A DNA stretch of 64,000 nt from an uncultured Acidimicrobiaceae bacterium (GTDB taxonomy: Bacteria > Actinomycetota > Acidimicrobiia > Acidimicrobiales > Aldehydirespiratoraceae), in contig CAJWHS010000004.1 in the NCBI GenBank assembly GCA_913041415.1, positions 4,417-68,416 of the forward strand, written 5' to 3'. Position numbers and translations under genes: made by a program. The notes under the pieces are model-generated. The model did no database searches. It was not told the DNA's origin and saw nothing but the letters and a program-made list of their open reading frames with translations. Shown piece after piece: positions 17,606 through 28,460 of this stretch (the stretch's first letter is position 1; the number at the start of each line of letters is the position of its first letter).

Positions 17606-19555
17606 TCATCGACGGATGTCGATAGCTGGAATGTCGCCAGCGGGCATAAAGCCCAGCATTTTGCCGAAGAACACGAGTTCGGCTTCCAGAGCGGTGATCA
17701 CGTTTTCCGCCCTCCGGAATCCGTGCTGTTCTCCCTCGAAGAGCAAGTAGCTGACCGGGATGCCCTGCTGTTCGAGCGCCGCCACGATCATCTCGCTCTG
17801 GTTCGGCGGGACGATGGCGTCCTCGTCGCCCTGGAGCACGATCATCGGCGCGGAGAACTTCTCGACATGGTTGACCGGCGACCGCTCGTCGTAGATCGCC
17901 TTCGCCTCAGGCCAGGGTCCGACCAGGGTGTCGAGGTAGCGAGACTCAAACTTGTGGGTGTCGGACGCAAGCGCCTCGAGATCGGCGACACCGTAGCGAG
18001 AGGCCCCGACAGCGAAGACGTCGTGGAACGCGAGCGCGGACAACACGGTGAACCCGCCTGCGGAACCACCGCGAATCATGAGGCGTTCAGGGTCGACGTC
18101 GCCTCGTTCGGCAAGGTAACGGGCAGCGGCAACACAGTCCTCCACATCGGCGACACCCCAGGAGCCGTTCAGCGCCTGGCGGTACGAGCGGCCGTACCCG
18201 GTCGAGCCGCGATAGTCGACGTCGACGACAGCGATTCCCCTGCTGGTCCAGTAGAGAATGCCGAGCTGAAGTTGCCGGCGGGCCTGGGCGGTCGGGCCGC
18301 CGTGGGCGAGAACCAGCAGCGGCGGCGCCGTTCCGTCCACGCCGACATGATCGGGATTGGTCGGCGGGTAATAGAGGGCATGAGCCACCGCATCGCCGAC
18401 CCCGGTCGGGAAGGTGATCGACTCGGGCTCGATCAGGTAGCCGATGTCGACGGGCAACTCGCGTCCGGCGTGCACGACCTCGCGGGTGACCCTCGGGCCG
18501 TCGAGCACGACCTTGACGACCTGCGATTCGTGGCCGTAACCGGCACCGACATAGACGACGCCGTCGGCGGCAGGCTGCATCGAGGAGACAGTGGCATCAG
18601 GCATCGAGACGGTGCGGCCGTCGATCACCAACTCGTCGCCGGTCGGCAACCCGACCGCAGCGACCGTGTGCTCGGACGTGATCGCCCAGCGCTGCATGCC
18701 GAACACCCAGCTCGGGGTCGGGATCTCGAACGGGCCGACGACCACCGGGGCGAACCCGTTGTCGGCCGATACCGAACCGAGATTCCACCACTCGTGCCGA
18801 TCGGTGCAGGCGTAGAGCGTGCCGTCGGGACCCCAGCCGGGTTCGACCCAGGCTTCGGCACCGTTGCCGAGCTCGAGCTCGACGTCGCCGAGGGAGCCGT
18901 CGGCGAAAGGCGCGACGAGCAGGCTGGTGGCGTCCCACGGCATGTTCGGATGATCCCAGGCGACCCAGACGAGTTGGGTGCCGTCGGGCGACAGCCGTGG
19001 CGACGACACGAAGTCGCTGCCGCTCCACAGTTCGCAGATCTCCATCGACCCATCGGTGGCGATCGCGACAAGATCGTTCGTGGGTTCGCGATCGGAGTGA
19101 TGAAGCTCACGGACGGCGACCACGAAACGACCGGAAGGGTCGACTCGGAGATCGGCGAAACGAAGGCCCCGCGGGATCGCCGGCTCGGGCGTGAGGAACA
19201 TCGGCTCCTCCCCCGGCGCGAGACGACGAAGCCGCTGATCGCTGACGTCGACATAAAACGCGACGCCGTCGTGCACCCACCAGGAACCGCCGCCGTACTC
19301 GTGCACGAGCGTGCGCACATAGGCGTCGGGCGGCGTGATCTCGGCCGTGACCCCGTCTCGCTGACGCATCAGAGCGGTGCGGCCCCCTTCATCGGGACGC
19401 GACTCGGACCACCAGATGTCGTCGGTGCCGTCGGGTCGAGGGTCGACGCAGCACTCGGCAATGCCAAGCGCTCTGCTGACGAGGGACTCGGCGGTGATCG
19501 GCGATGGCCACTCACCGAACGGCGTGACCAACGGCGTCGTGGCGGGTGGAATCAC
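17606..19555 (-). CDS. S9 family serine peptidase (prolyl oligopeptidase/acylaminoacyl-peptidase-like)
   Basis: N-terminal beta-propeller-like region and C-terminal GGSAGGF nucleophile elbow with ...QGDEDAIVP... GTG start overlaps the upstream stop (GTGA). Confidence 0.85.
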   Translation of the reverse strand: MIPPATTPLVTPFGEWPSPITAESLVSRALGIAECCVDPRPDGTDDIWWSESRPDEGGRTALMRQRDGVTAEITPPDAYVRTLVHEYGGGSWWVHDGVAFYVDVSDQRLRRLAPGEEPMFLTPEPAIPRGLRFADLRVDPSGRFVVAVRELHHSDREPTNDLVAIATDGSMEICELWSGSDFVSSPRLSPDGTQLVWVAWDHPNMPWDATSLLVAPFADGSLGDVELELGNGAEAWVEPGWGPDGTLYACTDRHEWWNLGSVSADNGFAPVVVGPFEIPTPSWVFGMQRWAITSEHTVAAVGLPTGDELVIDGRTVSMPDATVSSMQPAADGVVYVGAGYGHESQVVKVVLDGPRVTREVVHAGRELPVDIGYLIEPESITFPTGVGDAVAHALYYPPTNPDHVGVDGTAPPLLVLAHGGPTAQARRQLQLGILYWTSRGIAVVDVDYRGSTGYGRSYRQALNGSWGVADVEDCVAAARYLAERGDVDPERLMIRGGSAGGFTVLSALAFHDVFAVGASRYGVADLEALASDTHKFESRYLDTLVGPWPEAKAIYDERSPVNHVEKFSAPMIVLQGDEDAIVPPNQSEMIVAALEQQGIPVSYLLFEGEQHGFRRAENVITALEAELVFFGKMLGFMPAGDIPAIDIRR

Positions 19556-20748
19556 GACAGGAAGTCGGCGATGCGACCGACACCCTCGCTGAGGTCGTCG
19601 TCGCCGAGGGCAAACGACAAGCGAGCGCCGCCGCCGACCCCGAAGGCCTCGCCCGGAACGATGGCGACCTTGGCCTCCTCAAGCAGGATGTCGGCGAGAT
19701 CGAGGGTGGCGTCGATCCGCCGACCGCCGATCTCATTGCCCAGCAGGGCCGAGAAGTCCGGATAGGCATAGAAGGCGCCCTCAGGCTCGGGGCACAGCAC
19801 CCCCTCAATGCCCGAAAGCAGCGAATGCATCGCGCGACGTCGACGATCGAAGGCCTCCCGCATCTCGTACACGGCGTCGAGCGGGCCGGTGACCGCGGCG
19901 AGCGCAGCGGCCTGGGCGACGTTGGCGACATTGCTGGTCGAGTGCGACTGCAGATTCTGCGCGGCCTTGATCAGGTCAGCGGGACCGATCATCCAGCCGA
20001 CACGCCAACCTGTCATCGCGTAGGTCTTGGCGACGCCGTTCAAGATGATGACCTTGTCGCCGAGCTCGGGGACGAGCGTGGCCATTGAGTAGTGCTCGTT
20101 GTCGCCGTAGACGAGGTGCTCGTAGATCTCGTCGCAGATCACCCAGATGTCGTGCTCGACCGCCCAGCGGCCGATCGCCTCGATCTCGTCTCGGGGGTAG
20201 ATCGCGCCTGTCGGATTCGACGGCGACACGAAGACGAGCGCCTTCGTGTTCTCCGTTCGGGCGGCCTCAAGTTGCTCGACGGTGGCGCGAAAGCCGCCCT
20301 CCGCCGTGGTGATGATCGGGACGGTGACACCACCGGCGAGCGCGACGGGCTCCGGATAGGTGGTCCAGTATGGAGTCGGCAGCAGAACCTCATCGCCGGG
20401 ATTGAGCAACGCCTCGAAGCAGTTGTAGACGGCGTGCTTGCCACCGTTGGTGATCAACACCTGCGATGCCTCACAGGCATAGCCGCTGTCGCGCATGGTC
20501 TTGGCGGCGACCGCCTCCTTGAGTTCAGGGAGACCACCCACGGCGCTGTACTTGTGCATCGCCGGGTCGGCGCAGGCCGCGATGGCGGCATCGACGATGT
20601 GCTGTGGTGTCGCGAAATCAGGCTCGCCGGCACCGAAACCGATGACGTTCTCACCAGCCGCTCGCATGGCCTTGGCCTTGTTCGAGACCGCCAGCGTGGC
20701 CGAGGGGGCGATGGCGCCGACGCGCCGGGAAATCCGATCGAGAGTCAT
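19552..20748 (-). CDS. PLP-dependent aminotransferase, aspartate aminotransferase-like
   Basis: [48 protein letters not shown]... and [17 protein letters not shown] trimmed the 672-aa ORF to ATG 20748, which has TACCCT 7 nt upstream. Confidence 0.9.
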   Translation of the reverse strand: MTLDRISRRVGAIAPSATLAVSNKAKAMRAAGENVIGFGAGEPDFATPQHIVDAAIAACADPAMHKYSAVGGLPELKEAVAAKTMRDSGYACEASQVLITNGGKHAVYNCFEALLNPGDEVLLPTPYWTTYPEPVALAGGVTVPIITTAEGGFRATVEQLEAARTENTKALVFVSPSNPTGAIYPRDEIEAIGRWAVEHDIWVICDEIYEHLVYGDNEHYSMATLVPELGDKVIILNGVAKTYAMTGWRVGWMIGPADLIKAAQNLQSHSTSNVANVAQAAALAAVTGPLDAVYEMREAFDRRRRAMHSLLSGIEGVLCPEPEGAFYAYPDFSALLGNEIGGRRIDATLDLADILLEEAKVAIVPGEAFGVGGGARLSFALGDDDLSEGVGRIADFLS

Positions 20749-20829
20749 GGTCGAAAGGGTACCGAGATCGCTCCGCAGAATTCCGGCGATTGGCGTCCGT
20801 TTTGGCTTCGAAGCTGCCACGCTTTCGGG

Positions 20830-21966
20830 GTGACCGAGTCTCAGAAAACCACGCCTGACATCACCATCCCGACCGACCTCCTTCCGAGCGACGGCCGGTT
20901 CGGTTCCGGCCCCACGAAGGTCCGCTCCGAGTCCCTCGATGCCCTCGCCGCTCGCGCCACCGACTTCATGGGCACCTCGCATCGCAAGATGCCGGTGAAG
21001 CTCGTTGTCGCCGAGATGCGCAACGGCATCGCCGAGTTGCTGCGAGCACCCGACGGGTACGAGATCGTCTGCGGCAATGGCGGCTCCACCGGCTTCTGGG
21101 ATGCGGCCGTCTTCGGATTGATCGACGAGAAGTCGCACCATCTCAGCTTCGGTGAGTTCGGAGGGAAGTTCGCCAAGGCCGTGGCCATGGCCCCTCACCT
21201 GCAGGACCCATCGGTCACCGAGTCGGCAATGGGCACCCGCCCCGATCTCGAGACCGTCGACGGCGTCGACGCCTACGCCTTCACCCATAACGAGACCTCG
21301 ACCGGCGTGATGATGGATCCGGTCCGCGTCGGCGGCGACGGCGACCTCATGCTGGTCGACGCAACGTCGGCGGCCGGCGGCCTGATGTTCGACGCCGACG
21401 CCACCGACGTCTACTACTTCGCCCCCCAGAAGGCGCTCGCCTCCGACGGCGGTTTGTGGATCGCCATGATGTCGCCCGCAGCGATCGAGCGCGTCGAGCG
21501 CATCGCCAACAGCGGCCGCTACATCCCGCCGTCGCTCAACCTCTGGTCGGCGGTCGAGAACTCCCGCCAAGACCAGACCTACAACACGCCGGCGCTCGCC
21601 ACGATCTTCCTCACCGCCCAGACGGTGAACTGGTTCAACGACAACGGCGGTCTGTCCTGGTCGGCCGGTCGCTCGGCCACTTCCGCAGAGATCCTCTACG
21701 GCTGGGCCGATGCGTCCGACGCTGCCTACCCGTTCGTGCAGATCGAGTCCGAGCGTTCGAAGGTCGTCGCCACGATCGACTTCGACGAGGCGATCGACGC
21801 CGACATGCTCGTCGAGGTTCTTCGCAAGAACGGCATCCTTGATGTGGGCGGCTACCGCAAGCTCGGTCGCAATCAGCTCCGCATCGGCATGTTCCCGGCC
21901 ATCGACCCGGCCGACACTGAGGCGCTCACGGCGTGCCTCGACTACTGCATCCAGGCGATGAGCTGA
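20830..21966 (+). CDS. serC: phosphoserine aminotransferase (actinobacterial type)
   Basis: [28 protein letters not shown]...[10 protein letters not shown]...[17 protein letters not shown] trimmed the 624-aa ORF to GTG 20830; the start is uncertain. Confidence 0.85.
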   Translation: MTESQKTTPDITIPTDLLPSDGRFGSGPTKVRSESLDALAARATDFMGTSHRKMPVKLVVAEMRNGIAELLRAPDGYEIVCGNGGSTGFWDAAVFGLIDEKSHHLSFGEFGGKFAKAVAMAPHLQDPSVTESAMGTRPDLETVDGVDAYAFTHNETSTGVMMDPVRVGGDGDLMLVDATSAAGGLMFDADATDVYYFAPQKALASDGGLWIAMMSPAAIERVERIANSGRYIPPSLNLWSAVENSRQDQTYNTPALATIFLTAQTVNWFNDNGGLSWSAGRSATSAEILYGWADASDAAYPFVQIESERSKVVATIDFDEAIDADMLVEVLRKNGILDVGGYRKLGRNQLRIGMFPAIDPADTEALTACLDYCIQAMS

Positions 21967-22011
21967 TCGATCGGCCGCTCACCCCAGATGGTGGCGGCGA
22001 TCGCAACACCA

Positions 22012-23502
22012 CTAGGGCGTGATGCCGGTGCGGGCCACCGGCGTGGCCACGCCCGACCGCCGCTGCGCCGACACGGCAAGGCTCTCGATCACGACGTTGC
22101 GGAGGTCGCGCGGGTCGATCAGATCGTCGAAGCTCAGCCCATTGGCTGACCGATAGCTGCTCTCGTTCTCGGCCTGGCGCAGTTCGGCTCGTGTCGCCTC
22201 GTCAGCGCCGACCGCATTGCCGGCACCCGACGCACCCATGGCGCCGAGCGTCGCCCCCGGAAAGCCGAAGCTCAGGGTCTGCTCGTCGTAGGGGTTCATC
22301 GCCATCACGCTCGACCCGAAGCCGTACGCCTTCCGGAGCGTGACGTGGACCTTCACCGTCTGAGCCCTGGTCTGGGCGGCGAACATGCGCGCACCGGCCC
22401 GAAGGATTCCGGCCCGCTCCGAGGCCTGACCCGCGAGCACCCCCGGGTTGTCGGCGAGGAAGACGACTGGCAGATGGAAGCTGTCACACACCTGGATGAA
22501 GTGGGCGGCCTTGTCCGCTGCGTCGACATCGATCGATCCGGCGATGACCGACGGCTGGTTGGCGATGATGCCGATGGATTCGCCGCCGATGCGGGCGAGG
22601 GCACACACGATCGATGAACCGAAGTCCGGTTGGACCTGGAAGAACCCGCCACCGTCGACGAGCGCCGAGATGGCGAGCCGCATGTCGTAGGCGGCATTGC
22701 CGTCACGGGGCACGATGTCGAGGAGGTCGTCGAGGCGACGGGGTCCAGTGTCGCCCGTATCGACGCTCGGTGGCCGTTCCCAGGCCGATGAGCCGAAGAA
22801 CGAGAGATACGTGCGGATGTCGTAGAGGAGGGCGATGTCGTCAGCGGCGACGTTGTGCACGACCCCGGAGGCAATCGCGACGCCGGGTCCGCCGAGTTCG
22901 GCCTTGGTGACCTCCTCGCCGAGGGCCGCCTTCACCACCGGCGGCCCTGCAGTGAAGATGGCGGCATCGGGAGTCATGACCGAGAAGTCGCACAGGGGTG
23001 CGGTGATCGCCCCATGACCGGCTGACGAACCCATCACCCCACACACCATCGGCACGAGCCCGGACAGGCTGCCCTGGGTACCGAGGTCGCCAGGGCCTCC
23101 TCCACCCGGATCGCCGGGCATCGGTGGCCGGTGACCGGCGCCCTCGAGGAGCATCACCAACGGGATGCGTTCTCGGCGGGCGATGTCGGCGATGCGCCAG
23201 CGTTTCCGGCTGGCCGCCGGCCCGATCGACCCTCCGAGCGTCGTGAAGTCCTCGGCGCCGACGGCAACCGGGCGGCCATCGATGCGACCAACACCGGCGA
23301 CGAGCGCATCGGCCGGCGCCACCCCGGCGAGGGCGCCGATCTCGGTGAACGAGCCATCGTCGAGCAAGGTCCCGATGCGGCTGCGAGCATCGAGACGGCC
23401 GAGCTCGCGGCGTCGGGCGAGTTTGTCGGCACCCCCCATCGCGTGGGTGGTGGCGCGACGTTTCGCGAGATCGTCGAGTGTCGCGTCCCAGTCCCCCGTC
23501 AT
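22012..23502 (-). CDS. acyl-CoA carboxylase beta subunit (carboxyltransferase)
   Basis: GGADKLARRRELGRLDARSRIGTLLDDGSFTEIG and duplicated crotonase-like CT domains. No biotin carboxylase gene is adjacent. Confidence 0.85.
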   Translation of the reverse strand: MTGDWDATLDDLAKRRATTHAMGGADKLARRRELGRLDARSRIGTLLDDGSFTEIGALAGVAPADALVAGVGRIDGRPVAVGAEDFTTLGGSIGPAASRKRWRIADIARRERIPLVMLLEGAGHRPPMPGDPGGGGPGDLGTQGSLSGLVPMVCGVMGSSAGHGAITAPLCDFSVMTPDAAIFTAGPPVVKAALGEEVTKAELGGPGVAIASGVVHNVAADDIALLYDIRTYLSFFGSSAWERPPSVDTGDTGPRRLDDLLDIVPRDGNAAYDMRLAISALVDGGGFFQVQPDFGSSIVCALARIGGESIGIIANQPSVIAGSIDVDAADKAAHFIQVCDSFHLPVVFLADNPGVLAGQASERAGILRAGARMFAAQTRAQTVKVHVTLRKAYGFGSSVMAMNPYDEQTLSFGFPGATLGAMGASGAGNAVGADEATRAELRQAENESSYRSANGLSFDDLIDPRDLRNVVIESLAVSAQRRSGVATPVARTGITP

Positions 23503-23589
23503 GGCGGCAGAGCCTAGGCGACGGTCAGACGACGACGAAGAACGCCCGTGCGTGCACAGGGGCTGCGAGCGGACGAGATCGCTGCCGTC

Positions 23590-24261
23590 TCAGAGGGAGG
23601 CGCTGCCGTCGCCACGGACCGTGGCGTCGATGACCGCCGCCATCGTTGCGGCGAGTTCGTCAGCCGAGACGCCCCACGACTCGAAGCCCCGACGGTGTGA
23701 GCTGACCTGGGTAAGCATGGTGGTGAGCACGCTCGCAATGCCGCCCGGCGATGCCGATGCGTCGATTGCCCCCACCGCCCGCGCCTCGTGGGCAAGATCC
23801 TTAAGGGCCAGGAACACGCCATTGAACAGCCGGGTGCGGAGCTGACGGAAGCGGTCGTCACCCTCGAGCGCCGCCAGGTCGGCGACGCGGAGGAGTTCCC
23901 CGTGCTCGGCAAAGAAGGCGAGGAATCCCTGCGAAAGTCCGGCTGCGGCATCGCCACTCTCCCACGCCGCATCGGTGACAAGGACTCGGAGCTGGCGGCC
24001 CCCGGCGTCGGTGAGTTCATCGATCAGCGCGAGGACGGCCGCCTCGACGTCAGGGAAGTACTGGTAGAAGGTCGCGGGGCTCGTATCCGCCCGCCGCGAG
24101 ATGTCGACCACGGTGAGATCGCGGTACGGACTGTCGGCGACCGCGGTTCGGGTGGCGGCGAGCAATCGCTGACGGGTCGCCTGACCGCGGCGACCCGCGA
24201 CCCGCCCATCGGCGGCGCGTGGTGCCTCATCGGCGGCGAGTTCAGTTCGCGGATCGCTCAC
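23590..24261 (-). CDS. TetR-family transcriptional regulator
   Basis: ATRQRLLAATRTAVADSPYRDLTVVDISRRADTSPATFYQYFPDVEAAV HTH region. GTG start lies 11 nt after the upstream stop. Confidence 0.85.
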   Translation of the reverse strand: MSDPRTELAADEAPRAADGRVAGRRGQATRQRLLAATRTAVADSPYRDLTVVDISRRADTSPATFYQYFPDVEAAVLALIDELTDAGGRQLRVLVTDAAWESGDAAAGLSQGFLAFFAEHGELLRVADLAALEGDDRFRQLRTRLFNGVFLALKDLAHEARAVGAIDASASPGGIASVLTTMLTQVSSHRRGFESWGVSADELAATMAAVIDATVRGDGSASL

Positions 24262-24272
24262 GGCGAGCGAGG

Positions 24273-25514
24273 CTAGCGCTCGGAGAACTCGGCGCGCAGC
24301 GCTGCCCCGTGAGCGTCGAGCGGCGCGGCCTCGCCGCGGGATCTTGCGACCGTCGGTGAGGCGACGGCGACGCGCTCCCCGCCCAACGCCACCACCCACC
24401 CATCGTCGTCGGGTTCGACAGGTACATCGATCGGACAACGCCGCGCCCACGCGGCGGCGCGACTGAGCGGCACCTCGATCGCCGAAGCCCGCTCGTCGAT
24501 CAGCAGCTCGGCGGCGATCGCTGCGGCTGCCAGGCCCGCCACCGGGTCGGCGATGGCGTCGGCCACGAACATCGGGCCGCCGGGATCATCGATCCAGAGT
24601 CCGCCCGCAACCGCTGCATCGTCGCCGAACCCGATGCGATCAGGGTCGTCGATTCGGCCGTGGCCGGTGATCGACAGCCACGAGGTCGCCGACGCATCGA
24701 CGACGGCGGAGGGATCGAGTCCTAAGGCGGCCATCGCACGCGGCCGGGAGGCTTCGATGACGAGGTCAGCGGCGGCGACCATCCGTCGCAGGAGCGCATG
24801 ATCGGATCGATCAGCGAAATCGATCGTGATCGTCTCCTTGCCAGCGTTGAGGAGATCGAAGAACGCAGCCGGGCCGGATCTGGCCCCGTCGGGCCGGCCC
24901 CGTCCCTCCACCTTGATCACCCGTGCGCCTGCGTCGGCGAGGAACGAACCGGCGAGTGGGCCGGCCCACAGCGACGAAAAATCGAGGACGATGGGCCGGG
25001 CGCGTACCGGTCTCGCAGGGCCTCGGTGGATTTCGTGCCCCGGGGCAGGCGTCTGCGGTCGCTCGTCGGGCCGGGCGATCGCCAGACCGAGCAGACGCCC
25101 GCGTTGTACGAGATCAGCGGCCGATCGACGGCGAAGCTCGCGACGGAGGGCCTCCCAGTCATCGGGGTCGACAGCAGCCTCGACCAGCGCCGGCAAGGCG
25201 GCGACGTCCTCGGGCCGGGGCAGGTTGAGCACCACCCAACCGTCACCGCACCGCTCGAATCGAGCGGCACCACCAACCGAGACGGAACCCCGACGGTGAA
25301 GTCCCGCGAAGGCGGCCCGCTCGGCCAGCAGCGACGGACCGTCGACCGCCACCTCGTGACCGAGCCATTTGGTCATCGCCGCCAGATCCGCCGCCGACGA
25401 CGCGGCTGCGACGACCAGTCCGGCCGGCCGGACCAAGGGAGGACCGTCGATCCGACCGGTCAACGACATCCCGCCGCAGTTGGCCCAGGTCGCCACCTGA
25501 TCAAGCTCCGCCAT
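24273..25514 (-). CDS. family III CoA-transferase with about 165-aa N-terminal extension
   Basis: The LDFSSLWAGPLAGSFLADAGARVIKVEGRGRPDGAR motif is normally at the extreme N-terminus but here begins near residue 170. TAGCGT lies 7 nt upstream of ATG 25514. Confidence 0.75.
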   Translation of the reverse strand: MAELDQVATWANCGGMSLTGRIDGPPLVRPAGLVVAAASSAADLAAMTKWLGHEVAVDGPSLLAERAAFAGLHRRGSVSVGGAARFERCGDGWVVLNLPRPEDVAALPALVEAAVDPDDWEALRRELRRRSAADLVQRGRLLGLAIARPDERPQTPAPGHEIHRGPARPVRARPIVLDFSSLWAGPLAGSFLADAGARVIKVEGRGRPDGARSGPAAFFDLLNAGKETITIDFADRSDHALLRRMVAAADLVIEASRPRAMAALGLDPSAVVDASATSWLSITGHGRIDDPDRIGFGDDAAVAGGLWIDDPGGPMFVADAIADPVAGLAAAAIAAELLIDERASAIEVPLSRAAAWARRCPIDVPVEPDDDGWVVALGGERVAVASPTVARSRGEAAPLDAHGAALRAEFSER

Positions 25515-25611
25515 GGTGCCGACGCTAGCGAAGCCCACACGGACTTTTCGCCCGACCACCTCTCGGGCCAGACTGAGGAACGCCGATCGGCGAACCAAGG
25601 GGGAAACCAAC

Positions 25612-25917
25612 ATGGTCGAGTTGAAGCCAGGTGCACGCTTCCAGAGCACGGCGTGCAGCACCGAGGTGATCGTCGTCAAGGGGGCCGGCGAGGTCGACCT
25701 GACCTGTGGAGGCGCGCCGATGGTCGCGTCGGGCAGCGGTGAGATCAGTGGCAGCCCGTCCGACGACGCCGCCGGTGGTACCCAACTCGGCAAGCGGTAC
25801 GGCAACGCCGACGAGACGATCGAACTGCTGGCCACCAAGGCCGGCGACGGATCGCTGGCAGCCGACGGCGGGGCTCTCGAGATCGCCCAGGCGAAGCCCC
25901 TCCCCGCCTCGGACTGA
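25612..25917 (+). CDS. small hypothetical protein (101 aa) with an internal duplication
   Basis: AAGGGGGA SD and GC3-rich codon usage. The two halves align as G-RF......TEVIVVKGAGEVDLTCGGAPM and GKRY.....ETIELLATKAGDGSLAADGGALE. Confidence 0.55.
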   Translation: MVELKPGARFQSTACSTEVIVVKGAGEVDLTCGGAPMVASGSGEISGSPSDDAAGGTQLGKRYGNADETIELLATKAGDGSLAADGGALEIAQAKPLPASD

Positions 25918-25930
25918 GCCACAACCGCCC

Positions 25931-27454
25931 ATGAACCTGATGATGCTGCTGGAGATGGCGGCGGAAGGGCTCGGCGATCGGGTGGCCGTGGGATCACTCG
26001 ACGACGGGCTCACCTACCGCGAGCTCTACGATCGCGCCCACGGCGCGGCCAACCGCTACCGGGCTGCGGGAGTCGAGTCCGCGGTCGTGTGCGCCGAGTC
26101 GAGCCCGGCGTTGCCGATCGCCTTGTTTGGCTCTGCGTGGGCGGGCATCCCCTATGTGCCCCTCAACTATCGCCTTCCCGCCGACGATCTCCTGGCGCTC
26201 GCCGAGCGGGCCGGTTCAGCCGTCGCCATCGCCGACGAATCCAACCTTGAGCGGCTGGGCGGTCTCCCGGGTGTCTCGTCCGTCTCCGCCGAGGCGTTCA
26301 GCGCCGACCCGGCCGCAGGAACAGACGAACACGCCAGTCCTGGCGACTGGAACATGGACCCCGACGACCTCGCGGTGCTGCTCTTCACCAGCGGCACGAC
26401 GGGCAGCCCGAAGTCCGCTGTGCTGCGCCACAAGCATCTCGTCTCCTACATCCTCGGATCGGTCGAGTTCATGGGCGCCGGCGAGGACGAAGCCACCCTC
26501 GTGAGCGTGCCGCCCTATCACATCGCAGGTGTTGCCTCGATGCTGTCGTCGGTCTACGCCGGCCGTCGGATCGTGCAGCTGCCTCGATTCGATCCTGAGG
26601 TCTGGATCGACACCGTCGAGCGCGAAGGCGTGACCCACGCAATGGTCGTGCCGACCATGCTCACCCGCATCGTCGACGCGCTCGACGCTCGCGGCGGAGC
26701 GCCGATGCTCGGCATCCGAGCACTCTCCTACGGTGGCGGCAAGATGCCCCGACCCGTGATCGAGCGGGCACTCGACCTCTTTCCGATCACCAACTTCGTC
26801 AACGCCTACGGGCTCACGGAGACGTCATCGACCATCTCCCTGCTCGGCCCCGACGATCATCGTGTCGCCCAGTACAGCGACGACCCGATCGAGCAGCAGC
26901 GTCTGGCCAGCGTCGGGCGTCCGCTTCCAGGTGTCGAAGTCCAAGTGCGAGACGACGACGGCGCCGTGCTCGGTCCCGGCGAAGTAGGCGAGATCTTCGT
27001 CCGAGGTGGACAAGTGGCCGGCGAGTATCGCGAGAAGGGGTCGTTGCTCGATGCCGATGGATGGTTCCCGACCCGCGACGGCGGCTTCGTCGACGACGAC
27101 GGCTATCTGTTCATCCAGGGCCGCAACGACGACGTGATCATTCGCGGCGGCGAGAACATGTCGCCGGGCGAGATCGAGGACGTCGCCATCAGCCATCCCG
27201 GCGTGCGCGACGCAGCGGCGATCGGGGTGCCATGCCGAGAATGGGGCGAGAAGGTCGTGTTGCTGATCGTGGCTGATGGCGACGCGCCCGACCCGGACGA
27301 ACTCGATGACCTGATCCGGGAGCGTCTGCGGTCCAGCCGCGTTCCCTCGCACGTCGAGGTGGTCGACGAACTCCCGTACAACGAGACGGGCAAGCTCCTC
27401 CGCCGGGTCCTGCGCGAGCAGTTCGCACATCTCGGCGACGACCCGACGGACTGA
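25931..27454 (+). CDS. AMP-dependent acyl-CoA synthetase/ligase
   Basis: LLFTSGTTGSPK AMP-binding motif, YGLTETS, and IIRGGENMSPGEIE... I trimmed the ORF to the internal ATG (MNLMMLLEMAAEGL). Confidence 0.9.
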   Translation: MNLMMLLEMAAEGLGDRVAVGSLDDGLTYRELYDRAHGAANRYRAAGVESAVVCAESSPALPIALFGSAWAGIPYVPLNYRLPADDLLALAERAGSAVAIADESNLERLGGLPGVSSVSAEAFSADPAAGTDEHASPGDWNMDPDDLAVLLFTSGTTGSPKSAVLRHKHLVSYILGSVEFMGAGEDEATLVSVPPYHIAGVASMLSSVYAGRRIVQLPRFDPEVWIDTVEREGVTHAMVVPTMLTRIVDALDARGGAPMLGIRALSYGGGKMPRPVIERALDLFPITNFVNAYGLTETSSTISLLGPDDHRVAQYSDDPIEQQRLASVGRPLPGVEVQVRDDDGAVLGPGEVGEIFVRGGQVAGEYREKGSLLDADGWFPTRDGGFVDDDGYLFIQGRNDDVIIRGGENMSPGEIEDVAISHPGVRDAAAIGVPCREWGEKVVLLIVADGDAPDPDELDDLIRERLRSSRVPSHVEVVDELPYNETGKLLRRVLREQFAHLGDDPTD

Positions 27455-27456
27455 CG

Positions 27457-28425
27457 ATGACCGATACGCCACGGTGGGATCTCGCCGCGGCGGAGTCCGC
27501 CGTTGCGTCGCTCGATCTCGCTCGCGAGGTCGGTGCGGCGGTGGGCGTACCGGCTGTTGTGCTCGACCCGAGCCCGACGGATCCCGCCGACCGGTGGGAT
27601 GCAGTTCTCGGGCGGCTCGCCCCACTCGCTGTCGTCACGGTCGCCGAGTGGGGTCGTGCCGATGTGATCGGACCGGTCGACGAGCTCGTCGCTGCGATCA
27701 TCGCCCGACCCCAGGCCGCCACCACCACGTCGGTCCACCTTCGCAACCTGCCGGGAGAACCCCTCGCCGCCCTTCACCAGGAATCGCTGGCCTACGCCAC
27801 CCTGCAGGGCGGAGCTGAGCACGCGGCCTGGCTGGCCTCACGGGGGCGACGTACCCGCAACGATGACGCCCCTCGTGTCGCCCTCACCGACGAGCCCAAC
27901 CTCACGATCACGTTGACGCGATCTCGGCTCCACAACCTGCTCGACCGTCGAGGGCGGGACGAGCTCACCGATGCGTTCCGCGCAGCGGCGGTGATCACTC
28001 CGGATCAACCGATCCGGTGGCGGGCCGACGGGCCGTCGTTCTGCGCCGGGGGTGACCCGGCTGAATTCGGCGCGGTCGCCGACCCGGCGACCGCGCACCT
28101 GATCCGGATGGCCTCGTCTCCCGGCCCTGCGGTGCTCGCCGTGGCCGATCGGCTCTCGGTCGACGTTCACGGCGCCTGTGTCGGTGCCGGCATCGAGCTG
28201 GCGGCGATGGCGTCGAGCATCGTGGCCCATCCCGACACCCGGTTCCGTCTGCCCGAGTTGACGATGGGGCTCATGCCTGGCGTCGGTGGCACCTGGAGCA
28301 TCGGTCGCCGCATCGGTCGTCGGCTGCTCCTGCAGTGGCTGCTGCTCGATCTCGAGATCGATGCCGACACGGCGCTCGCCTGGCGTCTCATCGACGGTGT
28401 CGCCGCGAACGACGAGACGGCGTAG
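27457..28425 (+). CDS. enoyl-CoA hydratase/isomerase (crotonase) family protein with N-terminal extension
   Basis: PSFCAGGDPAEF, ACVGAGIELAAMAS and LPELTMGLMPGVGGTW crotonase motifs lie in the C-terminal two thirds. The ATG is 2 nt after the upstream stop. Confidence 0.75.
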   Translation: MTDTPRWDLAAAESAVASLDLAREVGAAVGVPAVVLDPSPTDPADRWDAVLGRLAPLAVVTVAEWGRADVIGPVDELVAAIIARPQAATTTSVHLRNLPGEPLAALHQESLAYATLQGGAEHAAWLASRGRRTRNDDAPRVALTDEPNLTITLTRSRLHNLLDRRGRDELTDAFRAAAVITPDQPIRWRADGPSFCAGGDPAEFGAVADPATAHLIRMASSPGPAVLAVADRLSVDVHGACVGAGIELAAMASSIVAHPDTRFRLPELTMGLMPGVGGTWSIGRRIGRRLLLQWLLLDLEIDADTALAWRLIDGVAANDETA

Positions 28426-28460
28426 CCAGTGAGCAGCGGTGGCGGTGCGCCGTCGGCCCG

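Noticed and set aside
19552-21570. N-terminal extensions of several track ORFs
   Set aside because: The affected ORFs are 19552-21570, 20092-21966, 24273-25997, 25706-27454, 60186-61556, 11262-12083, 35623-37113 and 355-2085. In each case homology-like sequence begins at an internal start with an SD or a TANNNT signal. The upstream part overlaps a neighbouring real gene or a promoter region, so the ORFs were trimmed.
25581-25592. Perfect palindrome CGCCGATCGGCG upstream of the small ORF as a TetR operator
   Set aside because: It is short, and CGATCG-centred GC palindromes occur frequently in this sequence. It overlaps neither a predicted -10 nor a start codon, so I kept it only as a side note under the 29690-29717 finding.
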